DNA of 64,000 nucleotides from a virus (IMGVR_UViG_2890906962_000004:28175-92174), one strand, 5' to 3'. Counted from the first letter of the stretch, positions 1 to 8,963 are shown. The notes: generated by a model from the sequence alone, not told the origin. Numbers and translations are program-made.

Positions 1-444
1 GTCCTCGCTTAGATAGGTATGAATCCCCACAAAAGAGGATACCCCAAACGCGAGGCAGATCATTCCTAGCAATGCTAAACGAAACTTCGATATAGCCTCA
101 GAGGGAACTGCGCTAGTCACTAAAACGAGCAGAGATAACGGAATGAGAAGCTTATAAGTTTTCGCATAGCTTGTATTGGCAAGCAGCTCACTTACATTTT
201 TATCCCCGAATTCATTTACCCACCATAACTGACATAAGGCCATGCACCCTACAACGGCGGCGATCAATACCCATGTTTTAGATAGCTGATACACCCTGCC
301 CTTACTACAAATAAATTGCAGCGCGAAAATGAATAACGCGAGAAACATCGCGTTGCGGCCCATTATCCATTCAGTAGGAGCCAAAAACGCGCTAATAGGC
401 AATAGCAACATACCAATGCCGTAAAATATATCGCGTTTAGTCAT
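1..444 (-). CDS. WaaL-like O-antigen ligase, N-terminal part (runs off the window edge)
   Basis: Hand translation from ATG 444 is open to base 1: MTKRDIFYGIGMLLLPISAFL...LCQLWWVNEFGDKNVSELLANTSYAKTYKLLIPLSLLVLVT...; multi-TM, resembles the recalled E. coli K-12 WaaL segment LLDLIWYSAFK...HSYLNTAKIFIFGSFIVFLT; starts 1 nt after the GT8 stop. Confidence 0.6.
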   Translation of the reverse strand, partial: MTKRDIFYGIGMLLLPISAFLAPTEWIMGRNAMFLALFIFALQFICSKGRVYQLSKTWVLIAAVVGCMALCQLWWVNEFGDKNVSELLANTSYAKTYKLLIPLSLLVLVTSAVPSEAISKFRLALLGMICLAFGVSSFVGIHTYLSED

Positions 445-445
445 G

Positions 446-1435
446 CTATCGACCTACAATTTTGTACTGTAGATAATCACGCATAGCCCCGAAAAGCAGC
501 CCATTAAATCTGCGATGCTTAGCCGAGTATTTGAAGTTGTGCTTAGTAACTGGTTTGATAAGTGAAGTATTACGCCAAGGCGATGAAGCTTTGGCTACTC
601 GGAAAGGTTCACATTCATCGTAATACTGCGACCAATCATGCCATGGCTTTGTTAAGCCCACGAAATGAAATAGCGCTGCTGGCCTATGGGCTAAATTATC
701 ATCACATTTATATTTATAATTAAGGTCGATAATATAGTTGTACAGGTTGTCTATAAATAACACAGTGCCGCAAGTCGCCACATTAATTGCGTCTTGATCA
801 TAATATGTAAGAGCATTAAGTTTGCTGTCGTTAATCAGAACATTCATTGATTTCTCAGTGATGTTTTGTCTATTCCACTCGTCAACGTTAATAAGCATCA
901 CGCCTGAGTTAAAATATCCAACTTGAGCAAAATTAGTACAGAATAATTCATCTGTTTTAATGATATGTTTTGCGCTAGGGTCGTTTACAGCCGCCAAGGT
1001 GTAACCACTCAGATCCAGGTCAGCTAAGTAAGAAATATCACCAGCACAAAACACATCAGAATCGAGGTATAAAACCCTACTAGCCTTGCCGTGGAAGTGA
1101 TCAGCAATCATCAAACGAAAGTATATAGTATGGTTCCAAGCTTTGTTTGATGGCAGTGTTTTGACAAACGCAGCATCAACATTGTAGATGCTAATTGCAG
1201 TTTTATGTTTCTGGCATATTTGAGCTAATTTATCAGCATTACTGCGTGAAATATCGTCAGTGAAAATATGAAATTTTAGGTTTTTATTTTTGTTATTGAT
1301 AATCACAGATTCAATTGACACGCCAGCGCCAAATATAAATTTATCATCTGCGCCATAAGCGATATTTAAACATTCTTTTTCTTCAAGCGTAGAAAAATCA
1401 ACCTGACTTTTGATTAGGTTTTGACCGAAAAACAT
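446..1435 (-). CDS. GT8 family LPS outer-core glucosyl/galactosyltransferase (WaaI/WaaJ/WaaO-like)
   Basis: IAYGADDKF, YFRL, VLYLDSD (DxD), YFNSGVMLIN, DQDAIN, HFVGLTKPW and SPW motifs. Confidence 0.92.
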   Translation of the reverse strand: MFFGQNLIKSQVDFSTLEEKECLNIAYGADDKFIFGAGVSIESVIINNKNKNLKFHIFTDDISRSNADKLAQICQKHKTAISIYNVDAAFVKTLPSNKAWNHTIYFRLMIADHFHGKASRVLYLDSDVFCAGDISYLADLDLSGYTLAAVNDPSAKHIIKTDELFCTNFAQVGYFNSGVMLINVDEWNRQNITEKSMNVLINDSKLNALTYYDQDAINVATCGTVLFIDNLYNYIIDLNYKYKCDDNLAHRPAALFHFVGLTKPWHDWSQYYDECEPFRVAKASSPWRNTSLIKPVTKHNFKYSAKHRRFNGLLFGAMRDYLQYKIVGR

Positions 1436-1576
1436 TAATTAATCCATTGTGCGATATGATAGGATTAATCTTATATTAGGATTTTGTAAGTTTCTATAAA
1501 AAATTGTTAATCTGACTACTTATTGAACTGTAATATATTAATTACGCTTAACATATCCTTGTAGCCATTAGTATAT

Positions 1577-1960
1577 TTATTGCTCCTTTTGATCGCTTTT
1601 GAATGGCGATATTGTTTGCGTAATCACACCGAAAAACTGAGGCCAATCACCATCAAATAATGCTTCATCAGATGAAATTCTTCCCTTCGTTGGGCGATCT
1701 AATTGCTCAAGTCGTACCACCCCGCCAGCCAATACATAGCGCCTTACAACAAATTCCCCATCTATTGTGGCCACAATCAGTGAGCCGCTAGTGGGCTTTA
1801 CTGCGGAATCAATTACAAGGTAAGAGTTAGGCTTGATGTATTCGCGTTGTGACCCTTCGGCATAACGCATCAGGTAGACTGACGGTGCACGGGTATTACA
1901 CAGCTGGTCAAGCGAAAGTGATTGTTCTTCAAAGTCTTTTGCCGGTGATGGAAAGCCCAT
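1577..1960 (-). CDS. humD: UmuD-like SOS protein (P1 HumD-like, S24 family)
   Basis: MGFPSPAKDF start, LDQL and IVATIDGEFVVRR motifs; likely start at 1960 after an AGGGG RBS rather than 1990. Confidence 0.8.
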   Translation of the reverse strand: MGFPSPAKDFEEQSLSLDQLCNTRAPSVYLMRYAEGSQREYIKPNSYLVIDSAVKPTSGSLIVATIDGEFVVRRYVLAGGVVRLEQLDRPTKGRISSDEALFDGDWPQFFGVITQTISPFKSDQKEQ

Positions 1961-1978
1961 ATATCCCCCTAAAATATA

Positions 1979-1994
1979 CTGTACATACATACAG
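1979..1994. promoter_or_regulatory. LexA (SOS) box
   Basis: CTGTACATACATACAG fits CTG-N10-CAG, directly upstream of the umuD-like gene. Confidence 0.92.
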
Positions 1995-2033
1995 TATATT
2001 AGAGAATTATTGGTAATGAAAGCGCCCTACTTA

Positions 2034-2372
2034 TTACCAGCGAGGCTCGCCATTAGGCCAATACTCCACCAGCAGCGGCGCACCAGAATACCGGTGGCCT
2101 TTTAGGCTCTCGCGCCTAGTAGGTACTTCGTCAAAATCCGTCATTGTATTAAGCAAGTAGACTGCCTCGCTAAAGTCCTCAAAGCACCAGCGATAACGGT
2201 ATGCAGTCACCGCATCCATATCCACGCACACAGCCCAAGTATAGGCGAGCTTGCTAATTGCCACCCACGAGCCATCATCTAGTTTGCGAGGCATTATGTA
2301 GTGGTTCGCTTCTATCCAAGCTTTAATGTCGCTCTCACTACCAGAACGGAAAACATCAATGAAATGACTCAT
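2034..2372 (-). CDS. hypothetical phage protein
   Basis: 112-aa ORF, co-oriented with its neighbours. Confidence 0.6.
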   Translation of the reverse strand: MSHFIDVFRSGSESDIKAWIEANHYIMPRKLDDGSWVAISKLAYTWAVCVDMDAVTAYRYRWCFEDFSEAVYLLNTMTDFDEVPTRRESLKGHRYSGAPLLVEYWPNGEPRW

Positions 2373-2464
2373 AGCTTAAAAACACCAACAAAATAACATT
2401 ATAATATTAAGCTATTATAATATTATATCATGATGTTTTCATCATATAATATTATCATCATATC

Positions 2465-3322
2465 CTAATAAGCTATGACCACGGCTGTTTTGTCTGAGAC
2501 CTTGTACCAGCAAAGCCCTACTTCAACATTTGATGCTTCTTGGTCCAAGGCGTACACCCCTTTGAACCTAAACAAGTTAAACCCAAGTGAATTTTTAGAC
2601 TTGGCAAAAACAATCCGCTTTGTCCTTTTATCAACGTTCACAGTCTTGTTGAAATGAATATCAAAATCATCTTGGGTGCCCCCTCTTTTCTTCTCAAATA
2701 TGTATTGCTCGTCAGTCGATATACTGTTATCCCAATCAGCATGATTGATCAGCATAGGCCACCAGATTTCGGTATCATGCTCGGTTGGATGCTTTTTTCC
2801 ACCGCTATAGAAGCTCTTATGGTTGAAACCAAAAAGCGCTGTTATATCGACAACCTTACGCAAACACACGTCATCTTGAGCATAGATATAACCGTCCTTA
2901 ATTTTGTTTTTAACATTTAGAATGTCGTCAAACTCCCACTTTGGGATCGGACCGGCTGATTGCAGTTTTTGCTCTATATAGGCTACGCATTTATCAATTT
3001 CTGTATTGAATGCAAAAATATCCTCAATGACAGGGATTCGATAAAACTCATGGCCCGTGGCATTTACAATATCGGCTTGGCGTTCTGCATCTTGTTTAAC
3101 CCGTTTGAGGTGATAAGGTTCATCAACTTCAATGTGTAATCCGATTGCAGGAAAATAGAGATCTGTCAGGGATCGCCTTGTGCCAGTGGTAATGTACTGC
3201 TGAGTAATAAATTGCACATCAAAACGATTCAGTCGATGCAAAATCCTAGATAAAACGTATTGCTCATGTTTCTTATGCTTGGCTTTATATATCTGCTCAA
3301 TACTGTAGGTATAAGTGTTCAT
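2465..3322 (-). CDS. PvuRts1I/AbaSI-family modification-dependent (5hmC/glucosyl-5hmC) restriction endonuclease
   Basis: EQYVLSRILHRLN, FITQQY, LTDLYFPAIGLHIEVDEPYH, IWWP, WDNSISTD, KRIVFAK and FRFKGVY match recalled AbaSI nuclease and SRA-like domain motifs. Confidence 0.88.
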   Translation of the reverse strand: MNTYTYSIEQIYKAKHKKHEQYVLSRILHRLNRFDVQFITQQYITTGTRRSLTDLYFPAIGLHIEVDEPYHLKRVKQDAERQADIVNATGHEFYRIPVIEDIFAFNTEIDKCVAYIEQKLQSAGPIPKWEFDDILNVKNKIKDGYIYAQDDVCLRKVVDITALFGFNHKSFYSGGKKHPTEHDTEIWWPMLINHADWDNSISTDEQYIFEKKRGGTQDDFDIHFNKTVNVDKRTKRIVFAKSKNSLGFNLFRFKGVYALDQEASNVEVGLCWYKVSDKTAVVIAY

Positions 3323-3324
3323 AA

Positions 3325-3436
3325 TTATAAGATGATATTAGGATATGATAATAGGATGGTATGATGATACGAGGATATTACTACTAGCTAATATCATAAT
3401 ATGGTCACATCATGGCTCGATATGACCATATCATCT
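3325..3436. repeat. AT-rich ATGATA/TATCAT repeat array (putative parS of the type Ib system)
   Basis: AGGATATGATAATAGG (3340-3355) and ATGGTCACAT (3401-3410) are shared with the array upstream of parA. Confidence 0.55.
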
Positions 3437-3730
3437 TTAAGCTTTCGCTTTTGTTATGAGCGCTTCTAATTCTTTATCAGAAGTATCATCCAACAACATC
3501 AGCGCAGCTCTGACCACATCAGAGCGATTAGCATTGTCGCCACCTAATTGCATAAGACGCAATTGAGCGCGCTTGATACTATCCATGCTTGCTGGTGGTA
3601 GCGTAAATGAATACGCCTTGTATGATTCCGTTTTAGGCTTTGAACGAGGCAAGGTGTTATCAGCGCTTCCAGAAGATAAAAACTGCTCTTCTGACATCTT
3701 TCCTTGACCTGGTGTGAATGGTTTTCTCAT
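3437..3730 (-). CDS. small centromere-binding partition protein (ParG/ParB-like, RHH)
   Basis: Overlaps the parA stop; flexible N-terminus followed by YSFTLP...NRSDVVRAAL, an RHH-like pattern. Confidence 0.7.
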   Translation of the reverse strand: MRKPFTPGQGKMSEEQFLSSGSADNTLPRSKPKTESYKAYSFTLPPASMDSIKRAQLRLMQLGGDNANRSDVVRAALMLLDDTSDKELEALITKAKA

Positions 3731-4353
3731 AGCCCTATCTCTTTCATTAGGTTAATGACTTCTTGCTTTGCTTTCTGGTTATCCATTTCGAAAATAGTCT
3801 TGGATTGGCCCCAAGCATCACGATGAACTTTACGATCACAGATTCGTGATTGCGTTAGCGTCAAAGCCGGAATATCTGCGAGCGCATCAGCGGCCTCATT
3901 ACCTTCGGTAATAAACATATTCGTGGGAACCATGTTTAACACGACATAGCCCTTCACTTTCTCATTAAAATCTTGAGCCTCAGTAAAGATCCGGGTGAGA
4001 TTAGGCATAACATCAAGGTCCATCTGAGATGCTCGTAGAGGTGATATGAATATGTCGCAAGCAAGTAGGCCATTTCGCATTTCGGCACTATCACGGCCAG
4101 CACAATCAACAATAACGAAATCGTAGTTTTGCCCATGTTCCAAGAGCATGTTCTTGATCCGTCCACTAGCGCCAGTTACAGGGATGTGGTCTAGTTCTTC
4201 ACTACGATTGTTATACCAGTTGATAATTGATTGCTGATCGTCTGCATCAACAACCATTACAGATTTACCTTGCTGCCTAAGATAGCTTGCGATGGCGACA
4301 GTGAGAGTGCTCTTACCCACGCCACCTTTCTGACTTCCTATAACGATAATCAT
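3727..4353 (-). CDS. parA: type Ib ParA Walker ATPase
   Basis: KGGVGKST deviant Walker A, VDADDQQS, DFVIVDC; 208 aa with no N-terminal HTH. Confidence 0.92.
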   Translation of the reverse strand: MIIVIGSQKGGVGKSTLTVAIASYLRQQGKSVMVVDADDQQSIINWYNNRSEELDHIPVTGASGRIKNMLLEHGQNYDFVIVDCAGRDSAEMRNGLLACDIFISPLRASQMDLDVMPNLTRIFTEAQDFNEKVKGYVVLNMVPTNMFITEGNEAADALADIPALTLTQSRICDRKVHRDAWGQSKTIFEMDNQKAKQEVINLMKEIGL

Positions 4354-4374
4354 TGTTACCTCATACGGTCCAAA

Positions 4375-4568
4375 TACGATGATATTATGATGTGATGGTC
4401 ACATGACACGATTATATGACAATATTACTCTAATAGGATGTTATCAGAAATATCATGCGTTGATAGCATCATATTAGGGTAATCTAAAAATATAATATGA
4501 GGATATGATGATATTATCGTCACATGATAGCATGATATTATTTATTGGAAATCATATAGTTATGTCAT
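4375..4568. repeat. ATGATA-type repeat array upstream of parA (operator/centromere)
   Basis: Multiple GATGATATTA, ATGGTCACAT (4395-4404) and AGGATATGATGATATT (4500-4515). Confidence 0.6.
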
Positions 4569-4591
4569 AAAAAAAGCCCCTTTAGGGGCTT
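4569..4591 (-). terminator. intrinsic terminator after parR
   Basis: AAGCCCC-TTTA-GGGGCTT with an A-run on + (U-run on -). Confidence 0.75.
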
Positions 4592-4606
4592 ATGTAGATG
4601 GCATGA

Positions 4607-5044
4607 TTATAATGGGCTAAAGTTTTTTTTCACCGCAGCTGAAACAGGTTTGTCAGTTTCAGCTTTGGTATCGGCTGGCGTAGTTTTAACCGCTTTCGTT
4701 TGAGGTAACTCAGCCGGTGGCGGTGAAGCCGCCGCAGTTCGAGGGACGGCCATATTTGCAGCTCCCTCTTTCAACTGCGTATCACTTGTCGCCTCCCACG
4801 AAGCAAAACTACTAATGAGTTTTGCTATAAACTCACCTTGCGTACCTCTACGATACATAGCCGCAATCGTACTGACCAAACGCGGATCAATTTCCTTCAA
4901 TGCGCAAGCAGCTAACATGGCCTCACGGGCCAAACTGGAAGGGCGTTCTTTAGAGTCTTCTAAATATTCCTGAATCAGTTCGTCTTGCTCGCGTGTTTCA
5001 GGCGAGATATAGAATTGAACCTTTATGCGTTGGTCATTAGCCAT
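4607..5044 (-). CDS. ParR/StbB-like adaptor
   Basis: Immediately downstream of parM; N-terminal RHH-like region, Pro/Ala/Lys-rich tail. Confidence 0.8.
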   Translation of the reverse strand: MANDQRIKVQFYISPETREQDELIQEYLEDSKERPSSLAREAMLAACALKEIDPRLVSTIAAMYRRGTQGEFIAKLISSFASWEATSDTQLKEGAANMAVPRTAAASPPPAELPQTKAVKTTPADTKAETDKPVSAAVKKNFSPL

Positions 5045-6013
5045 TTATTCCCCCGATATATACAACATGCCACGTACTAAATCGAATTGCGGATCATTAG
5101 AAACAAAGAATCGCTTATCGCTTATCTTTAATGCTTCCTTAACGTGGTCAGCAACTAGGCTGGCACCACCACCAACAACCGCAACATGAGTAAAACCACT
5201 AAACCGTGTAAGAAAGTCAGCTGTCGCATTGGACAGCGACACAATGGATTTATCTAAAGCCTCACGAATAGTTGGTAGGTTTTCTTCTTTAAAAAGACGG
5301 GCAGCGATGAATTCATTGTTATGCCGGTTCTTCACAATTGCGTCAGCAATGCGCCATGATGATTGACCATTAACAGCTCGTAATGCTTGATCAACTTCTC
5401 GCGTCACCGCTGAGGCACCAATGCTTGCATTGCCTTCAACTTTTACCAGGGACGCTGTTTCACCCTGAATGAGTGAAACATCTAGCGTTGTCCCACCTAA
5501 ATCAACAACCAGCAACGCATCTAAATCTGTTAGCTCAGAAACCTTAGCGACCGCTGCAGGAATTGACTCAGGGGAAACACTAACTTTTTCGATAATGAAA
5601 GCTTGGCCACCTAGCACCTCTACAACCTGACCGACAGAGGCTTTTTTCTTCTCGATGTTGTTCAGGTTAGGCTGATTATTATGGTCGTAAAACTCACTCA
5701 ATGGCAGCGTGACGAGCGCGTGCACTGGCTGAGGTTCTAGCCCTGATTGCTGTAGGGCGTGTTGAATAGCAACAGCATTTGCAGCGCTGTACTGCCATTG
5801 AACGTTATTGGTCATAACAATTGAAGTGCTCATTGGTGAAAATGAGAAATCTTCCCCTGTACAACGGTAGTTATATACCTGGGACTCACCAGTAGGGGGT
5901 GAAAGCTCTTTTTTGAAAGTGTTGTTTGTGAGGGCGGTTTTAACCTCACCATTCCCATCTTTCCAAGCCAATTTAATACCAGTTGAGCCATCATCAATAT
6001 AAATCTTTTTCAC
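5045..6013 (-). CDS. parM: ParM/StbA actin-like partition ATPase
   Basis: IDDGSTGIK, LVTLPLSEFY, PESIPA, VDLGGTTLD, VGGGA and PQFDLVRGM motifs. Confidence 0.95.
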   Translation of the reverse strand: MKKIYIDDGSTGIKLAWKDGNGEVKTALTNNTFKKELSPPTGESQVYNYRCTGEDFSFSPMSTSIVMTNNVQWQYSAANAVAIQHALQQSGLEPQPVHALVTLPLSEFYDHNNQPNLNNIEKKKASVGQVVEVLGGQAFIIEKVSVSPESIPAAVAKVSELTDLDALLVVDLGGTTLDVSLIQGETASLVKVEGNASIGASAVTREVDQALRAVNGQSSWRIADAIVKNRHNNEFIAARLFKEENLPTIREALDKSIVSLSNATADFLTRFSGFTHVAVVGGGASLVADHVKEALKISDKRFFVSNDPQFDLVRGMLYISGE

Positions 6014-6077
6014 TGCTTGCTACTCCTTTAGGGTTCCTGCAACAACAATAACCTATTAGAAAAAGATTGTGAATAAT

Positions 6078-6308
6078 TCCGAGATTAAAAAGAGACACTT
6101 TGAGATTTAATTGTTTCTTTATTGCTCTTTTTGAGATTACTTTAATCCCAAAACCCTCGTTACGGGTCATTTTAATCCCAAACACACCCATAAAAAGCCC
6201 TCAAAACCCCCCTTAATAATCCTAGAATTTTGTCAACTTGAGGAAACAGACCCGATTTAATCCCAAATAGATTCATTTAATCCCATAAACGATAGAATGG
6301 GATTAATT
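6078..6308. repeat. parC-like centromere/promoter repeats of the ParMR system
   Basis: TTTAATCCCA at 6141, 6171, 6256 and 6276, an inverted TGGGATTAA at 6298, and GAGATT variants. Confidence 0.65.
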
Positions 6309-6386
6309 TGAACCAATAATAACCCTGCTTCCATCACATCATCGCTTTACACCATAAGCACTTACAAATCGTCTATCGCACTCTGC

Positions 6387-6409
6387 GCAAATCTCTAACT
6401 GGCTAAAGT
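6387..6409 (+). promoter_or_regulatory. putative Lpa-dependent late promoter
   Basis: GCAAATCTCTAACT-N3-TAAAGT; same motif upstream of 10 other late genes. Confidence 0.75.
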
Positions 6410-6437
6410 CGCCGTGCATATCTAGTACGGAGGTTAT

Positions 6438-6722
6438 ATGGCAGCAATTGGCACCATTCAAAGCATTGATACCGGACACGGATCATTCCCACCAAGAAAG
6501 GTTGCTGAGGACGTTTCCTGGTTCACCGTTAACGGACAACCGGCAATCGTTGAAGGCGATTTATTCCCACTGCATACCGATGGACATAGCGCGCATACGG
6601 GTAAAGCCGTCACAACGCGTAGCTGGTTTTCCATCGGTGGAAAAGGGGTGGTGTGTGTCGGTGATCCAGTTTCGTGTGGCGGCAAGGTGGCAACCGGTGA
6701 CGGTTCGCTGCAAATAGGCTGA
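6438..6722 (+). CDS. PAAR-type tail spike tip protein
   Basis: TGHGSFPP, FTVNGQPA, H..H, GDPVSCGG pattern; strong GGAGG RBS. Confidence 0.88.
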   Translation: MAAIGTIQSIDTGHGSFPPRKVAEDVSWFTVNGQPAIVEGDLFPLHTDGHSAHTGKAVTTRSWFSIGGKGVVCVGDPVSCGGKVATGDGSLQIG

Positions 6723-6753
6723 CGAGCTTTTCACTCAAGACTAAGGGGAATAA

Positions 6754-7266
6754 ATGGGCGCGTTAATCAAGCTCACTTTAAAAGGACTCGGCTTGCGAGG
6801 CTTCATGCTCATGGCGCTGGTGGCGGTAACTGCCTACCTCAGTGCTAAAGGCGTTAGCAAGTACCACGAAATGACTTCCGCTATAGCGACCTATACGCAA
6901 AACGCTGAAAAGGACGCCGCAGAGAAAGCCACTTTACGAGACAACATCCATGCAGAAAAAACACGCGCTGACGCCGCTGAAAGCAATTCCAAGTTGCTTG
7001 CAGATCAGATGGCCCACCAGCAAACAGAAGCCAAAAACTACCAAGACCAATTAAAAGCATTACAGGACCAGAAGGACAAAGACGATGCAGCGACTCAAGA
7101 AACCATACAACGACTTAACCACGAACTTAGCCTTGCTGGCGTTCACAATGTTCGCGTACCTGATCCTGTTATCAGGCTGCAGCAACAAGCAATCTGCCGC
7201 GTTAACGGCACCTGCGCCAGTAGTAACCGTGACAAAGCTCGTCACGCCGCCACCAGTAACCGTTGA
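6754..7266 (+). CDS. i-spanin (Rz-like)
   Basis: N-terminal TM followed by coiled coil, C-terminal VRVPDPVIRL; overlaps a lipoprotein ORF. Confidence 0.75.
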   Translation: MGALIKLTLKGLGLRGFMLMALVAVTAYLSAKGVSKYHEMTSAIATYTQNAEKDAAEKATLRDNIHAEKTRADAAESNSKLLADQMAHQQTEAKNYQDQLKALQDQKDKDDAATQETIQRLNHELSLAGVHNVRVPDPVIRLQQQAICRVNGTCASSNRDKARHAATSNR

Positions 7267-7426
7267 TCCGTATGAACCGTGCCGACTGCCTAATGACGTG
7301 CCGGTATGGATGAATGATTACCCTAGCTACGTCACGTTAACCGCGAACAAAGTAGGGCAGTGCAACGAGCGCAATAAAGCGATTTCTGATCACAATGCGG
7401 CGCTAGTGGCCGATAGGAGTATTTAA
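7085..7426 (+). CDS. o-spanin (Rz1-like lipoprotein)
   Basis: LLSGC lipobox, Pro-rich, two further Cys, overlaps the i-spanin; exact start uncertain. Confidence 0.75.
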   Translation: MQRLKKPYNDLTTNLALLAFTMFAYLILLSGCSNKQSAALTAPAPVVTVTKLVTPPPVTVDPYEPCRLPNDVPVWMNDYPSYVTLTANKVGQCNERNKAISDHNAALVADRSI

Positions 7427-7962
7427 TGGAATTTATTATGTTTTTACGTTGGGTGCTCGGTACCCTGAGTTTCTTCATTGCGGCACCGTTCGCCTACATC
7501 CTTGCGCCATTCGTTGCGCTGTATTCGGTGATTAAGAACGACACCGCACCACGGCTGTTCTACTACCTGTTAACGCCGGATAATCCCCTGGACGGCGACA
7601 AGTACCATTTAGCACGTTGGCCGAATAACAGCGCGTGGGGTAAATGGCTACGCCGTACCGCATGGCAATGGCGCAACGTGCTGTATAACTTCCGTTACGA
7701 CTTGTTAGGGGTGGATGTATGCCCGGCTCAAGCGCGTTGGTATGGTGATCAGTCCGTTAACGGTGAAGTAAGCAAGAAAGGCTGGCAGCTTGCGATCGAT
7801 GAAAACTCGAATACGTTTAGTTTCTTTGCCTTCCTGGTTTATCCAGGCACTCGCCACGGTGTACGAATGTATCTTGGTTGGAAGTATAAGAACGGCCAGC
7901 GTGATACAGCAGTGAAACGTAAAATGCTCTCGTTTTGTATCAATCCCGTGTGGGGTGGATAG
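7426..7962 (+). CDS. conserved phage membrane-associated hypothetical protein
   Basis: N-terminal TM; TPDNPLDGD, WRN and GWK motifs; translationally coupled to the o-spanin. Confidence 0.65.
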   Translation: MEFIMFLRWVLGTLSFFIAAPFAYILAPFVALYSVIKNDTAPRLFYYLLTPDNPLDGDKYHLARWPNNSAWGKWLRRTAWQWRNVLYNFRYDLLGVDVCPAQARWYGDQSVNGEVSKKGWQLAIDENSNTFSFFAFLVYPGTRHGVRMYLGWKYKNGQRDTAVKRKMLSFCINPVWGG

Positions 7963-7969
7963 GGGAGTC

Positions 7970-7999
7970 AAAAAAAGGCCGCTTAATGCGGCCTTATTT
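7970..7999. terminator. bidirectional terminator
   Basis: AAAAAAAGGCCGC-TTAAT-GCGGCCTT between convergent genes. Confidence 0.75.
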
Positions 8000-8456
8000 A
8001 TGAGTATTTGCGGTCAATCTCTCGGCGTTGGTGCGCTATAGAGCGTCTAAGTTGCTGGTGGAGTGGTGTTTCTTCAAACGAAAGCCTACGCAAGAAATTT
8101 ACCGACTGAACATACGCGTTAAACGCTTCAAAACGTCCCTGCAGTGACAGGAAGTAAGAGCTCAGTCCTGCATCTAACACAACGTACATATTAATAAATG
8201 TTCTGATCCCATCATCGGGACCGTTGATGATATTGAACATACTCAGCAATGCGCCTCGCCAGATAAAGCGATAGCTCTTATCGGTGCGCTTGTGTATGTA
8301 GAGAAAGGCTAACAGGGTGCAGAAACCAACGAAAAAAGCGTGTTGCGCTGTCATGCCTTTGAGTAGGGAATAAGGCAAGAGGCTGAAAATAAGCGAGGCA
8401 AACACCATAGGCACTAATAGCAGTACGTTTTTGATGATCAATACAATAGTTCTCAC
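7998..8456 (-). CDS. hypothetical membrane protein
   Basis: Several hydrophobic segments; coupled to the upstream ORF. Confidence 0.6.
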   Translation of the reverse strand: MRTIVLIIKNVLLLVPMVFASLIFSLLPYSLLKGMTAQHAFFVGFCTLLAFLYIHKRTDKSYRFIWRGALLSMFNIINGPDDGIRTFINMYVVLDAGLSSYFLSLQGRFEAFNAYVQSVNFLRRLSFEETPLHQQLRRSIAHQRREIDRKYS

Positions 8457-8860
8457 AGCGTTACCTCTTTCACGACTTCTTTATCCTTACATTGCTTTAA
8501 TACGCTGATCAGCCCTGAGCTAATCGAGCCGTTTCCACGCGCTCTTAGCACTGGAATTAAGCCAGCCGGAACATAAAGCGAGGTTGATACACCTTCACGG
8601 ATTTTTCGGGGTTGCCCTGCATCATTGGTGCATTGGTCGATTTTCTTCCACGTCCGGTTATGGCTCAGTGAGCTATCACCCGAATAAACGACATTACGGC
8701 CAGTTTTCACGGTGATTTTCTCTGCGAGCGACAAAAGCTCCTTATCTTTGAAAAGCTCTTTTACGATCTGTTTTAGCTCCGCTTTGCTCGTACATCTACG
8801 CACGTTACTGCGCTGCCGGCCATTCGAGTATTCGAGATAAACCGTATATTCCATCGACAA
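8453..8860 (-). CDS. hypothetical protein, possible C-terminal DNA-binding (RHH-like) domain
   Basis: GQPRKI..TSLYVP..L..RGNGSISSGL pattern. Confidence 0.55.
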   Translation of the reverse strand: MSMEYTVYLEYSNGRQRSNVRRCTSKAELKQIVKELFKDKELLSLAEKITVKTGRNVVYSGDSSLSHNRTWKKIDQCTNDAGQPRKIREGVSTSLYVPAGLIPVLRARGNGSISSGLISVLKQCKDKEVVKEVTL

Positions 8861-8940
8861 TTACCTATTAGAAAATAATGAGTTAGGAATTCATTATAAT
8901 ATAGTAATAAAATTATTTTTTTATTATTTTTGATTGTTCC

Positions 8941-8963
8941 GCAAATCTCTAACCTCCTAAATT
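8941..8963 (+). promoter_or_regulatory. putative late promoter of the capsid operon
   Basis: GCAAATCTCTAACC-N3-TAAATT. Confidence 0.78.

Noticed and set aside
4434-4450. P1 C1-operator-like ATTACTCTAATAGG (similar words near 6121, 54763 and 59468)
   Set aside because: Matches are partial, mutually inconsistent and lie in AT-rich DNA; no operator consensus can be supported
5994-6191. 65-aa ORF upstream of parM
   Set aside because: Runs through the parC-like repeats; probably spurious
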